Shown piece after piece: positions 1 through 11,644 of a stretch of 64,000 nucleotides of DNA (its first letter is position 1; the number at the start of each line of letters is the position of its first letter). Source of the DNA: Callorhinchus milii (taxonomy: Eukaryota); contig NW_024704743.1 of the NCBI RefSeq assembly GCF_018977255.1, forward strand, positions 5,396,001 to 5,460,000. The letters are read 5' to 3'. Both the position numbers and the translations under genes were made by a program. The notes under the pieces are model-generated. The model saw only the letters and a program-made list of their open reading frames with translations. It was not told where the DNA came from and did not search any database.

Positions 1-272
1 CACCATCGGCGGTTGGGCTTTCAGCCTTTCTGCCCCCACCCTTTGGAACTCCATCATACATTTCATTCTCCTCGCTCCCTCCCTTGCCTCCTTCAAGGCG
101 TGTCTCAAGACCCTCCTCTTTGACCGCGCCTTCGGCCACCCTCCTACCCTCCCCGTCCTCCACCCTCGCCAATCACGAGCCCCAATCCCAGGTCCAAATC
201 CCTGACTGTCCAGTGCCTTGGGACATCCTCCCGATGTGAAAGATGCTATACACAAGTCATTTTGTATTGTAT
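1..272 (+). mobile_element. L2-clade LINE 3' end fragment
   Basis: Encodes GGWAFSLSAPTLWNS..., then 3' UTR and ttg-type tail shared with other copies. Confidence 0.8.
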
Positions 273-2818
273 CAGGTTGAGAGGACGTCTCAAGCTGCTT
301 AATGGTCCTGGCTTTGCACCCGAGCTGGAGGAGAGAGCCCCCCGAGAGGTGGTGGAGAGAGTAAAGATGACCAATGGCATGATCACAACTCAAATTATTT
401 GTGAAGCACTTCAAGACGTTGCGACATCATGAAATACCATGTAAATGCAAGTTCCTTCTGGCCAGAAAATGATTCTGCGACAATACTTTCTCACCAACTC
501 CTCATTCCCTTTCATCACTTTGCAGTTGCCTCCAGTAGCAGAGAGGAGCTTTGTGTTACCTGGTCATTTTGTTGTGGTAAATGTCTGCCTCAGTTGATAG
601 CACTCTTGCCTCGGAGTCAGAAAGCTGCGGCTTCAAGCCCCGAGTTGAAACCTCGGCTCATGTTCTTGGCTGTCATTATTAGAGGTGCTGTCGTTTTGGA
701 TGGGATGTTAAAATCAAAGTCCTGCCTGTCTGTTCAAGTTCCCTGCACACTGGAGAAGGTTTCTCCCAGTGTACTGGTCAAACTACCCTCCAGCTTAAAG
801 CGACTCTCACGCTTTCCGCCGAAAGCAGTCACTATACTTGAGAGTAACTACTGCGAAGGACTCAGAGATATTGCAACTCAATAAAACGCTAAAATAATGC
901 AAATTCTTTCTTAAATCAAACGTTTGATAAAGAGCAAAGTGAAAAAAGTAAGATTTCATTCATAAGATTTTAAAAAATGTGTTGCATTCCTTTAACTTTA
1001 TTTTCCAAGCGTTAAAAAAAAGGCAAATTCAACATCAATTTTGCTTACTCTTCAGTCAAAATCATACATAAGAAAATTACAAAACATTCCGCCACCCTTC
1101 TGATAATCATGCTTTTGTTGCACAGATGGTCATTCATTGGATTAGTTGAAATGAACAGAGTTCACTGAAGGTTGCAAAAAGTTCACATTTCTCATGAAAA
1201 TAAAAGTGCTGGAAGAGTAAAGTAGGACAACTGGGCATTTGAAAAAGAGAGGGGAAAGGGTAAGGGGATGTATCTAATGCGTCACTTAATGACACAGGAT
1301 CATACCTGCTTGTTAATTTCTCTTTCATTAGCTTATTGATCTGTTGTGCATATCTGGGGGGGAGGGGGGGTGTCTGTCATTAAATTCACAATTTCCAGCG
1401 CTCCCAGCTTTTTCCTTTTTACCTTGCAGATTTTTTTATGGTGCATGGTTCTGGACCACCTAGGCACTATAACTACAGGTATTCACATTGCAATGGCACC
1501 TCATAGGTACAAAAGCAGCTGCGGAATCCCCAGATTAACCCTGCAAGCGACACGTGCCACATAATTCACCAACCCAGAGTACCAGCAAGTTACCAGACTG
1601 GTATCATGAGCAAATCTTCTTCCAAGCACTTGTATTGAATCTGCTGGCATTGAGCATCATTTGTCTTAAAAACAACTCTCTTAAAGTAAAATGGGCTGAG
1701 AGACTCAACTGCTGCAGATGTCATAGAGGGCTGAGTGAGCTTCTCTGACACAAAAAAATCGCTGCTCCGCATGTGTGCTATAGTAGTTCACTTCCACTGT
1801 TGTCTCCTATCAAAAGGAATGATTTCCTGAATACTCTTGTACTTTGCACTCGTAACCCATCACTAGGTACAATTTAAACAGTAATGGTTACTTGACATGT
1901 TAAATGCCTCTGTGAGGAAGGCAAGCCTGAGGAGGGGAGGATTTGCTGAAGTCCGGGGAAGATTTTCCTTGAAATGCAAAAATTTGCAGGGCTATGGAGT
2001 AACAGTGGGAGGGGGGCGGAGGGGACCAAGTTTAATAGATCTTTCAAACAGCAGGTACAGGCATGATGGCTTCATTCTGTGCTGTAAGATTTTATGATTG
2101 CGTTTGAGAAGGAGAGGGCAAGGAGGAGGAATCCCCAGTGGGCCATTGCCTTTACCAACTGGGCTATTGGGGGAACCTTTTTTTTTGTTCCATCTCCAGT
2201 ATTAACGTCATGTTTTATCGACCAATATCCGTTAAAACATGACATTAATACTGAAGATGGAGTGCATTCACTCCACAGCTACAGTGTTTTATTAACGAGT
2301 TCATGTTGTTACAAAAGAGGCACCATATTGGCCACAGGAAGCTTTTGTTGCAGCTCTGTCCAACTGGTTACTCCCCTCGTCTCTTCCCGGGAGGCTTGAG
2401 AAGGGCTGAGTGAGTGAGATGTGTCCTAACTACAGCGGAGTTCAAGGTTGAAACTCAGAGCCCTGCACCAAGCTTCAAAGAACTAATTTCACATTAGTTC
2501 TTGAAACGAAAACCCATCTGTGGCTGCCTTGAGGCAGGGATCATTGAAAGCTGTCATCTTTTCCTCAACAGTAATAGCCCTCAGTTTAACTTTCATCTCC
2601 TCACTTCCTTTCCTCAAGAAAGAAGCTCTGAAAGTCACTAACGTTTATAAATAGAAAAAGGGGTAAATGGAAATTTTAAATAATTCCTCTCGCTCAAAAC
2701 AAATCTTCACTGAAAATAATAAAAAACTATGTCTGGACCCAGGAGTTTGCAAATGAGTTTGAGTTTCATTTTCAGATACCTCTGTGCAGCCTTCAGTGAA
2801 TGAATATCATTAGATTAC

Positions 2819-2878
2819 CTTCAATTTGGAAGTATTAGCCTTCTTCACGCCTTCAAGGCTTATTTCAAATCGATTTTG
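2819..2878 (-). CDS. ESYT2: Probable ESYT2 cassette exon, 60 nt (QNRFEISLEGVKKANTSKLK), C2B loop insert
   Basis: Pyrimidine tract+aag|CAA...AAG|gtaatc, phase 0-0; position after NLP, length and pattern resemble the mammalian ~21-aa ESYT2-L insert. Confidence 0.75.
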
Positions 2879-3925
2879 CTTTGTGGCAGGAAAGAAGGGA
2901 ACATAAAGGATTAATAAGGTTGCACATGCAATGTAGCAATAGGACTCGGTTATGGTTAAGTGTCAAGCAATACGATCTGAACAGAAATCTTTGAACGGAA
3001 AAAAAAAGCAGGAATTTTTAGATGGCAGCACAAGGAAACTACCAGAGTTCAAGCTAAACCAAGCTTTGCAATGATCAGTGCCCAAAGCAAAGGCCAGCGG
3101 GAGGCAGTTTTACATTGAAAAGATGCGAGTCAGCCTGGTCAGCCGTATTCCAGACTGTGATATTTTAGCAATTATAGACCCACTACAGCCAAAACAAAAG
3201 CACTATGCAATTGTTTTAAACACTTACAAAGATTGATTTAGAAACTGCCCCTGTTTTTATTGCACTGATCTGCATTTGATTAGAAATTAAAAAAAATTAT
3301 GAAATGCAATTGTCCTGACCTGGAGACAGGTCAAAACAGATTATAAATTATACATGAGCCAACCTACCATTGGCACTGAAGGGAATATGTAGGAAAGGCA
3401 AATGTAATTTTGTTGTTGTTGTACAGGAAAGTACAATAGAAGATTGAGGATTCCCCCATATAATATACCGTAGATCCCCATTATAATGGCCTTCACTATA
3501 AAGTGGGTTCACTTATAGCACAATCATAGCCTAAAACATTTACTTACCCCAAAAATCCACAATACACGTACCTGCTCTATCGATGCTTCAAAACACCACC
3601 TGGCACACAAGAAGCCAAGCCAAGCGAGAAGTCATCGGATTACTGTCAATATTACTTCTTGCACACAGCACATGTGAACCTCTCTGCCGTACCTCTCTAT
3701 TCCCTTCTCCCTCATGTTTGTATCAAGTTTCCTCTTTAATATGAAAACTGTATTCAAAACATTTGTACAAACCTTTGAATCCCACGTCAGTTTTCTATAT
3801 CTGAACATGCACCAAAACAGTGCACATGCCTCCAAATAAATCTGAACCATATGATGTTCACTGTATTAGTGCAATCACACTTCATCACACAGAATCTCTA
3901 AAAGCACACACATGGGAACACTCAC

Positions 3926-4027
3926 AAACAAGTCTCTAAAGACTGAGCTAGTATTTTCACAAAATACTAGTCCCGATGCTCTCCTCTCTCGCAAGTATCC
4001 ACACCCAAAGTTTCCTTCGTAGACATT
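3926..4027 (-). CDS. ESYT2: Candidate alternative ESYT2 cassette exon, 102 nt (NVYEGNFGCGYLRERRASGLVFCENTSSVFRDLF)
   Basis: Long pyrimidine tract then aag|AAT; TTT|gtgagt donor; phase 0-0, no stop; RBFOX/QKI motifs downstream; no homology recognised. Confidence 0.5.
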
Positions 4028-4732
4028 CTTGGAGGAGATGGAAGTGAAAGAGAAAGCAAAGAATGACAGGCACGCACTGTAGGGAAAGGCAAAGTGGAAT
4101 GTAGACACGGCTAAGACAGTTTCTTAGCATATACAGTTGCAGGAGGTCGAGAGAAAAGACAGCAAAACTTCAGGAGAGCAGTAGGTGTGGATATCACCTT
4201 AGCTGAGATGTACAAAACTTTAGTTAATCCACGGACAAAACACAGTCAGTGCACTTTACAGTAAACCCCGTGAAGCACTTTAGGACGTCCTCCTGACGTG
4301 AAAGGTGCTAGGCCATTTGTAAGGATTACTATTATTAGAGAGGAATTAGAAACAAGTGGAAAATGATATTTGAGGATGCTCTTCTCTCAAATACATTCTA
4401 AATTCCCCTTCCCCACAATTTGAGGCACCGAGAAAGTAAATGGCAATGTCTTTCAGAATTGGGTCTATTGAGTTAAGCAACATGAATTGTTGATATCAAT
4501 ATTGCACCTCTGCATACTCACCCCACACAGCTCCTGGAAACTGAAGAGAAAACTACAACAAAACTCCATCACACCAGAAGAAACTATAAAGTAGACAGTT
4601 AAGAGAAACTTAAATGCAACTGCTCCCTCATAAACAGAATTTAAATAACTTTTTGAGGAATCTGGATTGTTTGTAAATGTAAAGATCTAACCAGGAGGAA
4701 TTGTGTCTAACATAAAGCAATACTGTTCCACT

Positions 4733-6480
4733 AACAACAACAACAAAATTACATTTGTATATTGTCTTTCAATTCGGAAGGACATCCCAAGGCGCTGGAC
4801 AGTCAGAGCTTCGGACCTGATCTGGGGGTCGGGATTGGGGAGGGTGGAGGGCAGGGGATGAAGCAGGGTGATCAAAAGCACAGTTGAAGAGGAGCGTCTT
4901 GAGATGGGTCTTGAAGGAGGCAAGGGAGGGGGCGAGACGGAGGGACTGCGGGATGGAGTTCCAGCGGGTGGGGCAGGCAAGGCAGGGGATGTGAAGCAGG
5001 CTGGAGCCCGCTGAGTGGAGGGAGCAGGCCGGATGGTAGGGGGTTAGGAGGTCGCTGAGGTAGGTGGGGGGCAAAGCCCTGGAGAGCTTTTAAGGCGAGG
5101 GCCAGGATCTTGAACTATATCCTCTGTGTGATGGGAAGCCAGTGGAGTCGGGCGAGGATGGGGGTGATAAGGGCACGGAGCCTGGTGTGGGAGAGGACAC
5201 GGGCTGCAGAGTTCTGGATGAACTGCAGCCTATGGAGGGAGGAGTTGGGGAGATCGACAAGCAGGGAGTTTTCATAGTCAAGCCTTGATGCAATGAATGA
5301 GTGTACAAGGGTTTCAGCGGCCTGCTATGTGTGACAGTAGCGGAGCCGGGCAATGTTGAGGAGGTGGGGGAAGGCAGAGATGCGGGGTTGAAAGGATAGT
5401 TGAGGGTCAAACAAGATGCCATGGTTCCAGACTGGCTTAGTAAGGTGGAGTGTGCATCCATAGACAGTGATCTATCAGTGCCTGACGTGTGGGAAGCGCT
5501 GACAGGAGCCAATCAAGAGAGCCTCGGTCTTGTTGACGTTCAACTGAAGAAAGCTAGCTCTCATGATATCCGACAGACATTCTGTCAGGACAGCCGTGGT
5601 CCTGGAGCCTGTAGTCAAGTGTAGAGGCAGAGAAGTAGAGTTGGGTGTCATCTGCATACATATGGAAGTTGACCCCATTCTTTGGATGATGTCACCAAGA
5701 GGGAGCATATAGATATTGAAGAGGAGGGGACCCAGGACATAGCCCTGAGGAACGCCGCATGAGATGATGCGGGGGCTAGAGGAGAAGCCGTTTGCAGAGA
5801 TGAAGTGGAGGCGGTGTGAGAGGTACGATCTGAATCAATCAAGGACAGAGCCGTGAAGGTTGAGGTGAGAGGAGAGGCAGAGGATGAGGTTAGAGTGTCA
5901 ATGCTGCCGAAGGCTGCAGAGAGGTCAAGGAGGATGAGGAGACAGGGAGCCCTGGTTGCAGATGGACAGAATGTCATTTGTCACTTTGACCAGGGCTGGT
6001 TCTGTTCTGTGGGCGACACGGAAACCCGACTGGAGGGGTTCGTGAAGGGAGTGGTGGGAGAGGAAGGAGTGAAGCTGGGTAGCAACAACTCATTCCAGGA
6101 CCTTGGAGGGGAAAGGGAGGTTGGAGATGGGACAGTAGTTTGAGAGTAGTGATGGGTCCAGGGAGGGTTTTTATAGGAGTTTTAAAAGAGGTGGGAGCAG
6201 TACCAGTGGACAGGGAGAGAATTGTGACAGGCAAGGAGATGGAGCTGGGAGGTAAGGAGAGGGGTAGGGATGGGGTCGAGGGAGCAGGTGGTTAGTTTCA
6301 TGAGTGTTATAGTGGTGGTGAGAGAGGAGTGGGAGACAAGTTCGAAGGTGTGGAGAGAGGGATGGGTAGGGGCCGGGGTGAGAGGGGGAGATGGGGAGGG
6401 GGTAATAGATGGAAAGGCAGAGGCAGCTGAGCGGATCCCCTCAACTTTGGATTCAAGGAAATCCAGCATCGCCTCGCAGT
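4733..6480 (-). mobile_element. L2-clade LINE, 5'-truncated (~1.75 kb), frameshifted reverse transcriptase
   Basis: [19 protein letters not shown] (YADD at 5647-5658), LQLNVNKTE and FKTHLKTLLF peptides in several frames; (TTG)n tail near 4735. Confidence 0.92.
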
Positions 6481-8033
6481 TGTCATTGTACCATACAGAC
6501 TGGAAACATGCCAGGTTTGATCCCTGGATTGTGGTGCATTTGCAGAACTTAGCCAGAGCAGCTTCTGAGTTCCAGTTTCACAGTTTAATGTGGGGGGGGA
6601 GGGGAGTAGGGAGAGAAGGAATATCAGCTTTAACTCTCAGCTACTGATCACTATCCAATTTTGCTGACACATTAGGAGAGTATTGAGCTCAGCTATGATA
6701 TCTTCAGAACTGCTGGCACTCACCGCCACACAATGACCACTTGGGCAAGATAGCAACAACAACAACAGAGAAGACAAACTGTGGAAAGGGCAATCGTAGA
6801 ACACAACTCCTATCCTGACTGGTGTTGCTGGAACCTTAGCCTCAGCTGCTTTTTGAACCTAGGACCAACAGTCTGTCACACCCAGAAACTCATCATCCTG
6901 TTTAATGGTATCGAAACCAAACTACTGAGAGTTCTCCATATATGCATGAAAATTTCTGTTGCAGTGGAATGGAGTGCTCACTATCTCCAGAGGGATGAAT
7001 CTTTCTCATCTATCCTGAAAAGTATTTACCGTAGGGTTTAGAAGCGTCAAAGCTTGGGAACCAAAGCATTGAGTTGACTGCTGGAGTTAATACATGTGGC
7101 TTGATATTACTCGGGCTGTCAAACAGTATTTGACAAGCTTCTGAACTCTTGTCCAGTTAGGACCACCCAACTTATTAGGGCTATGACTTGTAGGGTTAAC
7201 AAAAGCCAAGCAGGAAGAATCCCTGCACAGTGACTGGTGTGTTTTTGACATCAACAGCAGCTTGGAGGACTGTGGAACTGTGTGGTTCAGGGTAATGAGA
7301 CTACTGCAGAGGACTGGCAACATTCATCAAATGTCGCTGATACTGTCCAGATAAGAATGCTGCAGTTGACATCCCCAGGCAGGAGATGGCATCAGTGACA
7401 CATCTTACGAAATGCCGAAACGGCAACAGAGGGGGGAAATAATGAATTATAGAATCTTCAGATAACTACGTTCGTCAAGTATAAAGATAAAAGGACAAAA
7501 AAATGTAACGTATGCTTCATTGTCACTGTTAAGAGATCAGTAGAATGTATTCAGGAACAAAGAGTGAATATGAAATAAATAATTGTTTCAGCTCATCAAC
7601 TGCAAAACAAAAGGAATAAAATGTGATCTAGTATCAGATACCCCTGCTGATATTTGTTGAACAATTTGAATGTGTCTAATGATGCATGGAATAAGCATAT
7701 GAACAGGCTATTATGTGTAAACACAGGGAATTACAGGTGCTCTTAATTAAGTAATGAGTGAAAATGATTAGTTGTTGTGTTGTTCCAAGTTGTGTTGTCT
7801 ATTATTTAACTGAGGGCATCTTTAATTCCATGTGTTTAAACATGGTGCTTGTTGCATGTTTAAACATTTTACACATAGTACATAACAGATCCGAAGGTAC
7901 ATACATTGGTTAAATTGTCTTAATAGAAGAAGGTAGTATATTGAAATGATGTGGCAACACGTTGGACTATAGGATATTTGTTAACAGTCACAATACCCTG
8001 AAAAAANTAATTTTATACATAATTTTCACTTAC

Positions 8034-8129
8034 TGGGAGATTCTTGGCTGAGTCCATATAGACGATGAGTAAGGCAGAGGAAAGCCCATCATTGGCCTGC
8101 CCTTTAATAGCTTTGGTACTGGCCATTGC
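8034..8129 (-). CDS. ESYT2: ESYT2 coding exon, 96 nt (AMASTKAIKGQANDGLSSALLIVYMDSAKNLP), start of C2B
   Basis: cag|GCA...CCA|gtaagt; matches QANDGLSSALLILYLDSARNLP. Confidence 0.95.
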
Positions 8130-9789
8130 CTGGACAACAGAACAATAAACGGAGTTTACACTGGAATTTACCACGCTAATCCCCAACTAAAAACACAGGC
8201 TACATGTTTGATCTTACACACAATACAACACATCTGAATCACATTCATTATTAAGCCTTTGATTCATTCCGCTGATGATCCGATAGTGACAAATGGAGAT
8301 TTGATTGATTAATGAACCTGCAAAGTCAATTGAAAATGTGTAATTTAAACCTTTTTGAGGGTCAGCCGGGTGTCTGACACATGCAGAAACTCAACATCAT
8401 GCTTAAGAATATCTAAACCAAACAGAGTTTCATGTTCTCCTCACTATACATGCAAAATCCAGAAATGTTTATTGGAATGGAATGTGCAATCTCTCCTTGG
8501 AGGGATGCATCCCTCTCACCTAATTCCGGAGAATATTAGGCACAGGTTGGCAACAGCCAAGGCTTGCGAATCCCAGAGTGTGTGTTAGGGTACTGCTGGA
8601 GTTTACCCAGCTAAAACCGCATAGATTTTAAACCTATTCCAACTGGTTGCTTAGACACGGCCAATTTTGCAGGGCATTCCATTACCTCAAATTAGTTTAT
8701 TAAAACTCGATCTTTGGAAATTAGGAACAAAAGAAGGCTATTTGTCCCATTGAGACCCCTCCATCTATAGACGATTCCATGCCTACGTATTACCCTTTAA
8801 CTAGAAAATAATAGACCTTACAGTACATCGTGTGAAGTGCTCTGAGACATCCTCCCGACATGAAAGGCGCTATATCAAATGCAAGGATTATTTTTATTAC
8901 TACAAGGTGCTCTTAATCCCACTGCCTGTCATATTTCTTAATAAATGTAAGTATCTATTCATCTCTCTGTTAAATCACTCAATTAGTTTGTCAACTCTCT
9001 CTCTCTAGGGCAGTGCATCCCAGATTCTTACTATCCTTTGTAGGGACAATTTTTTCCATCCAACTTGGTCCTGGCCTGTTTTGCCCTAAATTGAAGGTTA
9101 TGTCCTCCCAGATTCTCCAGGGAGGCTTATTTACTTTCTCGTCTACATTTGCATCTGAACAGCAACTGGAAAAGTTCAAGTGATCTACCGTATTGTTTGA
9201 TTGCCAGGTTATATTTGACACAATGCATGTTTTACGTACAGCTGCATCAAATCTGTAAATATACAGCAATCGGATATCAGTCTCACATCTGGACCTGTGC
9301 ACATCTATGTCCATTCCTCTATACTGAGCTGTAAGTTCGGCAAACTGTGATTGAGAAATAAATTCTGTTGGTAGGATCAATGCATCTGCATATCTTCCGA
9401 ACTGCTCTGCTTCTTCATTGCTGTACACCACTAGAATTCCTTGATTTACACAAAATTACATTTGTAAAGCACCATTCACGTCGGGACGATGTCCCAAGGC
9501 GCTGAACAGTCAGGGATTAGGACAAAAAACAGGACAGTTAGAGTCTTGCATCATTTTCAATTTTGTGAACTATTCTATCAAAACTCCAACATGCACCTTA
9601 CATTCAAGTGACAGAAAGTAATATTAAAAAGTCAGCGTGAATTTAAGCCTTGGGAGCCATTGCCTCCAAATCTGAACAACAGATGTACCAAGCCTGCAGG
9701 CTCAGTGTCGTGCTCCACCACTGTCAAATGGTCTAGAGCTGTACCCTGCATGAGATGCGATATGTAAATGCAAGTTATTGTTGTTGTAC

Positions 9790-9879
9790 CTCAGTCAATT
9801 TCTCAGGTGTCGGCAGCAGAGAGAGCCACTCCAGCTTCAGGTGTAACTTTCCTCTGCTCACTTCCTCCAAATCGAACCA
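9790..9879 (-). CDS. ESYT2: ESYT2 coding exon, 90 nt (WFDLEEVSRGKLHLKLEWLSLLPTPEKLTE), end of C2A
   Basis: cag|TGG...GAG|gtaca; GKLHLKLEWL motif. Confidence 0.96.
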
Positions 9880-10158
9880 CTGCAAACAGATATTTATATA
9901 TATATATAGAAAGTAACAAAACAGTAATAACAGTGGGCTCCCAGGTCCCAAACCTGCACCCATTTGTGAGAAAGACACAATCAAGGTCTCTGATAATCCC
10001 CTCAATAGTTATCTTGTGGAGTTACTCACATCAGACCTGAAGACAGCTGATCTTCATGCATTGACTTTTAAGGTCTATTTGCAATAGAGGTAAATAATGC
10101 ATCTATTTGGTATCTATGGAATAGAGAAATAACAGTAAGAAAAAATAAAACAACTTAC

Positions 10159-10207
10159 CTGATCCACCAGCTGTTCTTTCTGTACTTCAACGAGGTCAAG
10201 AATAAGG
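10159..10207 (-). CDS. ESYT2: ESYT2 coding exon, 49 nt (LILDLVEVQKEQLVDQ)
   Basis: cag|C CTT...CAG|gtaagt, phase 2-0; matches LMIDLIEVEKERLLDE. Confidence 0.94.
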
Positions 10208-10244
10208 CTGGAATGAGAGAATACATAGGTTTTATAAGACACAA

Positions 10245-10610
10245 GGCTTCAAGCTCATAGTCTAGGCTGAAACTCCAGTGCAGTGAGGGGCTGTGCTGCA
10301 TTGTTGGAGGTGTCAGAGTTTAGATGAGACATTAAACTGAGGTCCTGTTGGCCTGTTCAGGCGGCTGTTAAAGATCCCATGGCACTATTCAAAAAGAGAA
10401 GGGAGTTTCTCCCCATGTTCTGGCCAACAATACTCCCTAGCTAAAATTGGCTATTTAGTTCATGGCTGTTTGTGGGACATTGCTGTGCACAAACTGGATG
10501 CCACATTTGGCTATGAATAAGCAGTCACTGCACTTTACTCTAGAATTTTGACGCACTTTGAGACGTTTTAATAATGTATTAAAACATTATATCAAACGCA
10601 AAGATTATTA
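10245..10610 (+). mobile_element. Deu-domain SINE copy
   Basis: Aligns by eye with 35442-35855. Confidence 0.78.
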
Positions 10611-10887
10611 CATTTTGCAGTAAAAGTTCAAAAGATTCTAATGCAAAGTATTTAATATCAATAACATTCTTCCCTGAGTATTTTTTTTTCTTTCATCAAT
10701 ATGACCAAAGATGGTTGACCTTTGTTTTAAAAATGTTATTAATGTGTAAACTGTTTTATGAAAACCCCAACATGCACTCCACTCCCAGCTTGGCTTCAGG
10801 CTCCAGCACTCTCAAGTGCTCTGAGACCCTACCCTACATGAGGAGCCCTACAGAAATGAAAATTGTTGTTGTTGTTGTTGTCTTTAC

Positions 10888-10970
10888 CTGCCAAGGAAAT
10901 CGTCTTTATCTGGATCTTCGTCAAAAAGCTCAATCTCCAGCTCCTGCCCTGGACTCTCGTACACTAAGGC
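10888..10970 (-). CDS. ESYT2: ESYT2 coding exon, 83 nt (ALVYESPGQELEIELFDEDPDKDDFLG+S), C2A calcium-binding loop
   Basis: tag|GCC...AG|gtaaa; acidic FDEDPDKDDFLG loop intact. Confidence 0.97.
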
Positions 10971-11467
10971 CTACAGATAGAGAAAACAGTTGAAATTGTT
11001 AAATAGACTAGATTCTGATTTGATAAAATTACTTATTTTCTCTCTTTGAGGAGAGACCACAAATAAGCCCTTGTCGGGCCAATATCTACGCTTGCAAAGG
11101 GCACTGGAGCCATTACTGAAATCTTTGGGGCTCAGAGATTCAGCTTAAATGGAACAAAAAGGATTGGAACAAACTACAGTAGTAAAGAAACTCGATTATT
11201 TAGAGGATAATATGAATTGACTGTCAAATCCCATTAATTTGTATAAAATAACATGTATTGTAAAATTTCATGCTTTTAACAGAAACAACTCCATACACTT
11301 TTGAATCAGCATCACTTCCCATTTACAACTGTTCTGAAACTCAAGAGTTACAGTCAAAGAGGAAAGCTGTAGAGTGGCCTTGCGTCCACTACAAATCTAC
11401 ACTACACAGTTCTAACATGAGGAGGAAGCTCCACTGGTTCCTTACATTCACTAAGCAGTTCACTCAC

Positions 11468-11644
11468 CTCATAAACCTCATTCCACCTTGGATTTAGATT
11501 CTCTTTGATGGTCTTGCTCTGGAACATTTGGTTACCAACACGGAGAATGCCGTAGGGGTCCGACTTTCCCTTCACAAGTCCTTTCATGAACGTGTCCTTC
11601 CATTCCAGATCCTGAGCTTCAATAAAGTGTATCCTGAGAAACCC
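11468..11644 (-). CDS. ESYT2: ESYT2 coding exon, 177 nt (GFLRIHFIEAQDL...KGKSDPYG...PRWNEVYE), C2A domain
   Basis: cag|GGG...GAG|gtgagt; C2 motifs SDPY and NLNPRWNE. Confidence 0.97.

Noticed and set aside
429..884. 151-aa ORF
   Set aside because: Overlaps a Deu-domain SINE and shows no protein-like features
1594..1744. Possible 151-nt exon (gtcag|...|gtaact)
   Set aside because: Frame-shifting, early stop in the ESYT2 frame and no homology
2246..2253. TAATACTG (miR-200b/429 5' end) inside the 2189-2261 hairpin
   Set aside because: Wrong position within the stem, and the following bases do not match miR-200 family members
2490..2627. Acceptor-like tttcag on the minus strand followed by purine-rich sequence
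   Set aside because: The ESYT2 frame gives SFFLEERK then stop, with no convincing in-frame donor and no similarity to the expected SGKK exon; a poison exon cannot be excluded
4028..4076. Upstream acceptor cctacag| that would extend the candidate exon to 151 nt
   Set aside because: Introduces a stop codon; the downstream AAG acceptor gives the open, symmetric exon. It could still serve as an NMD variant
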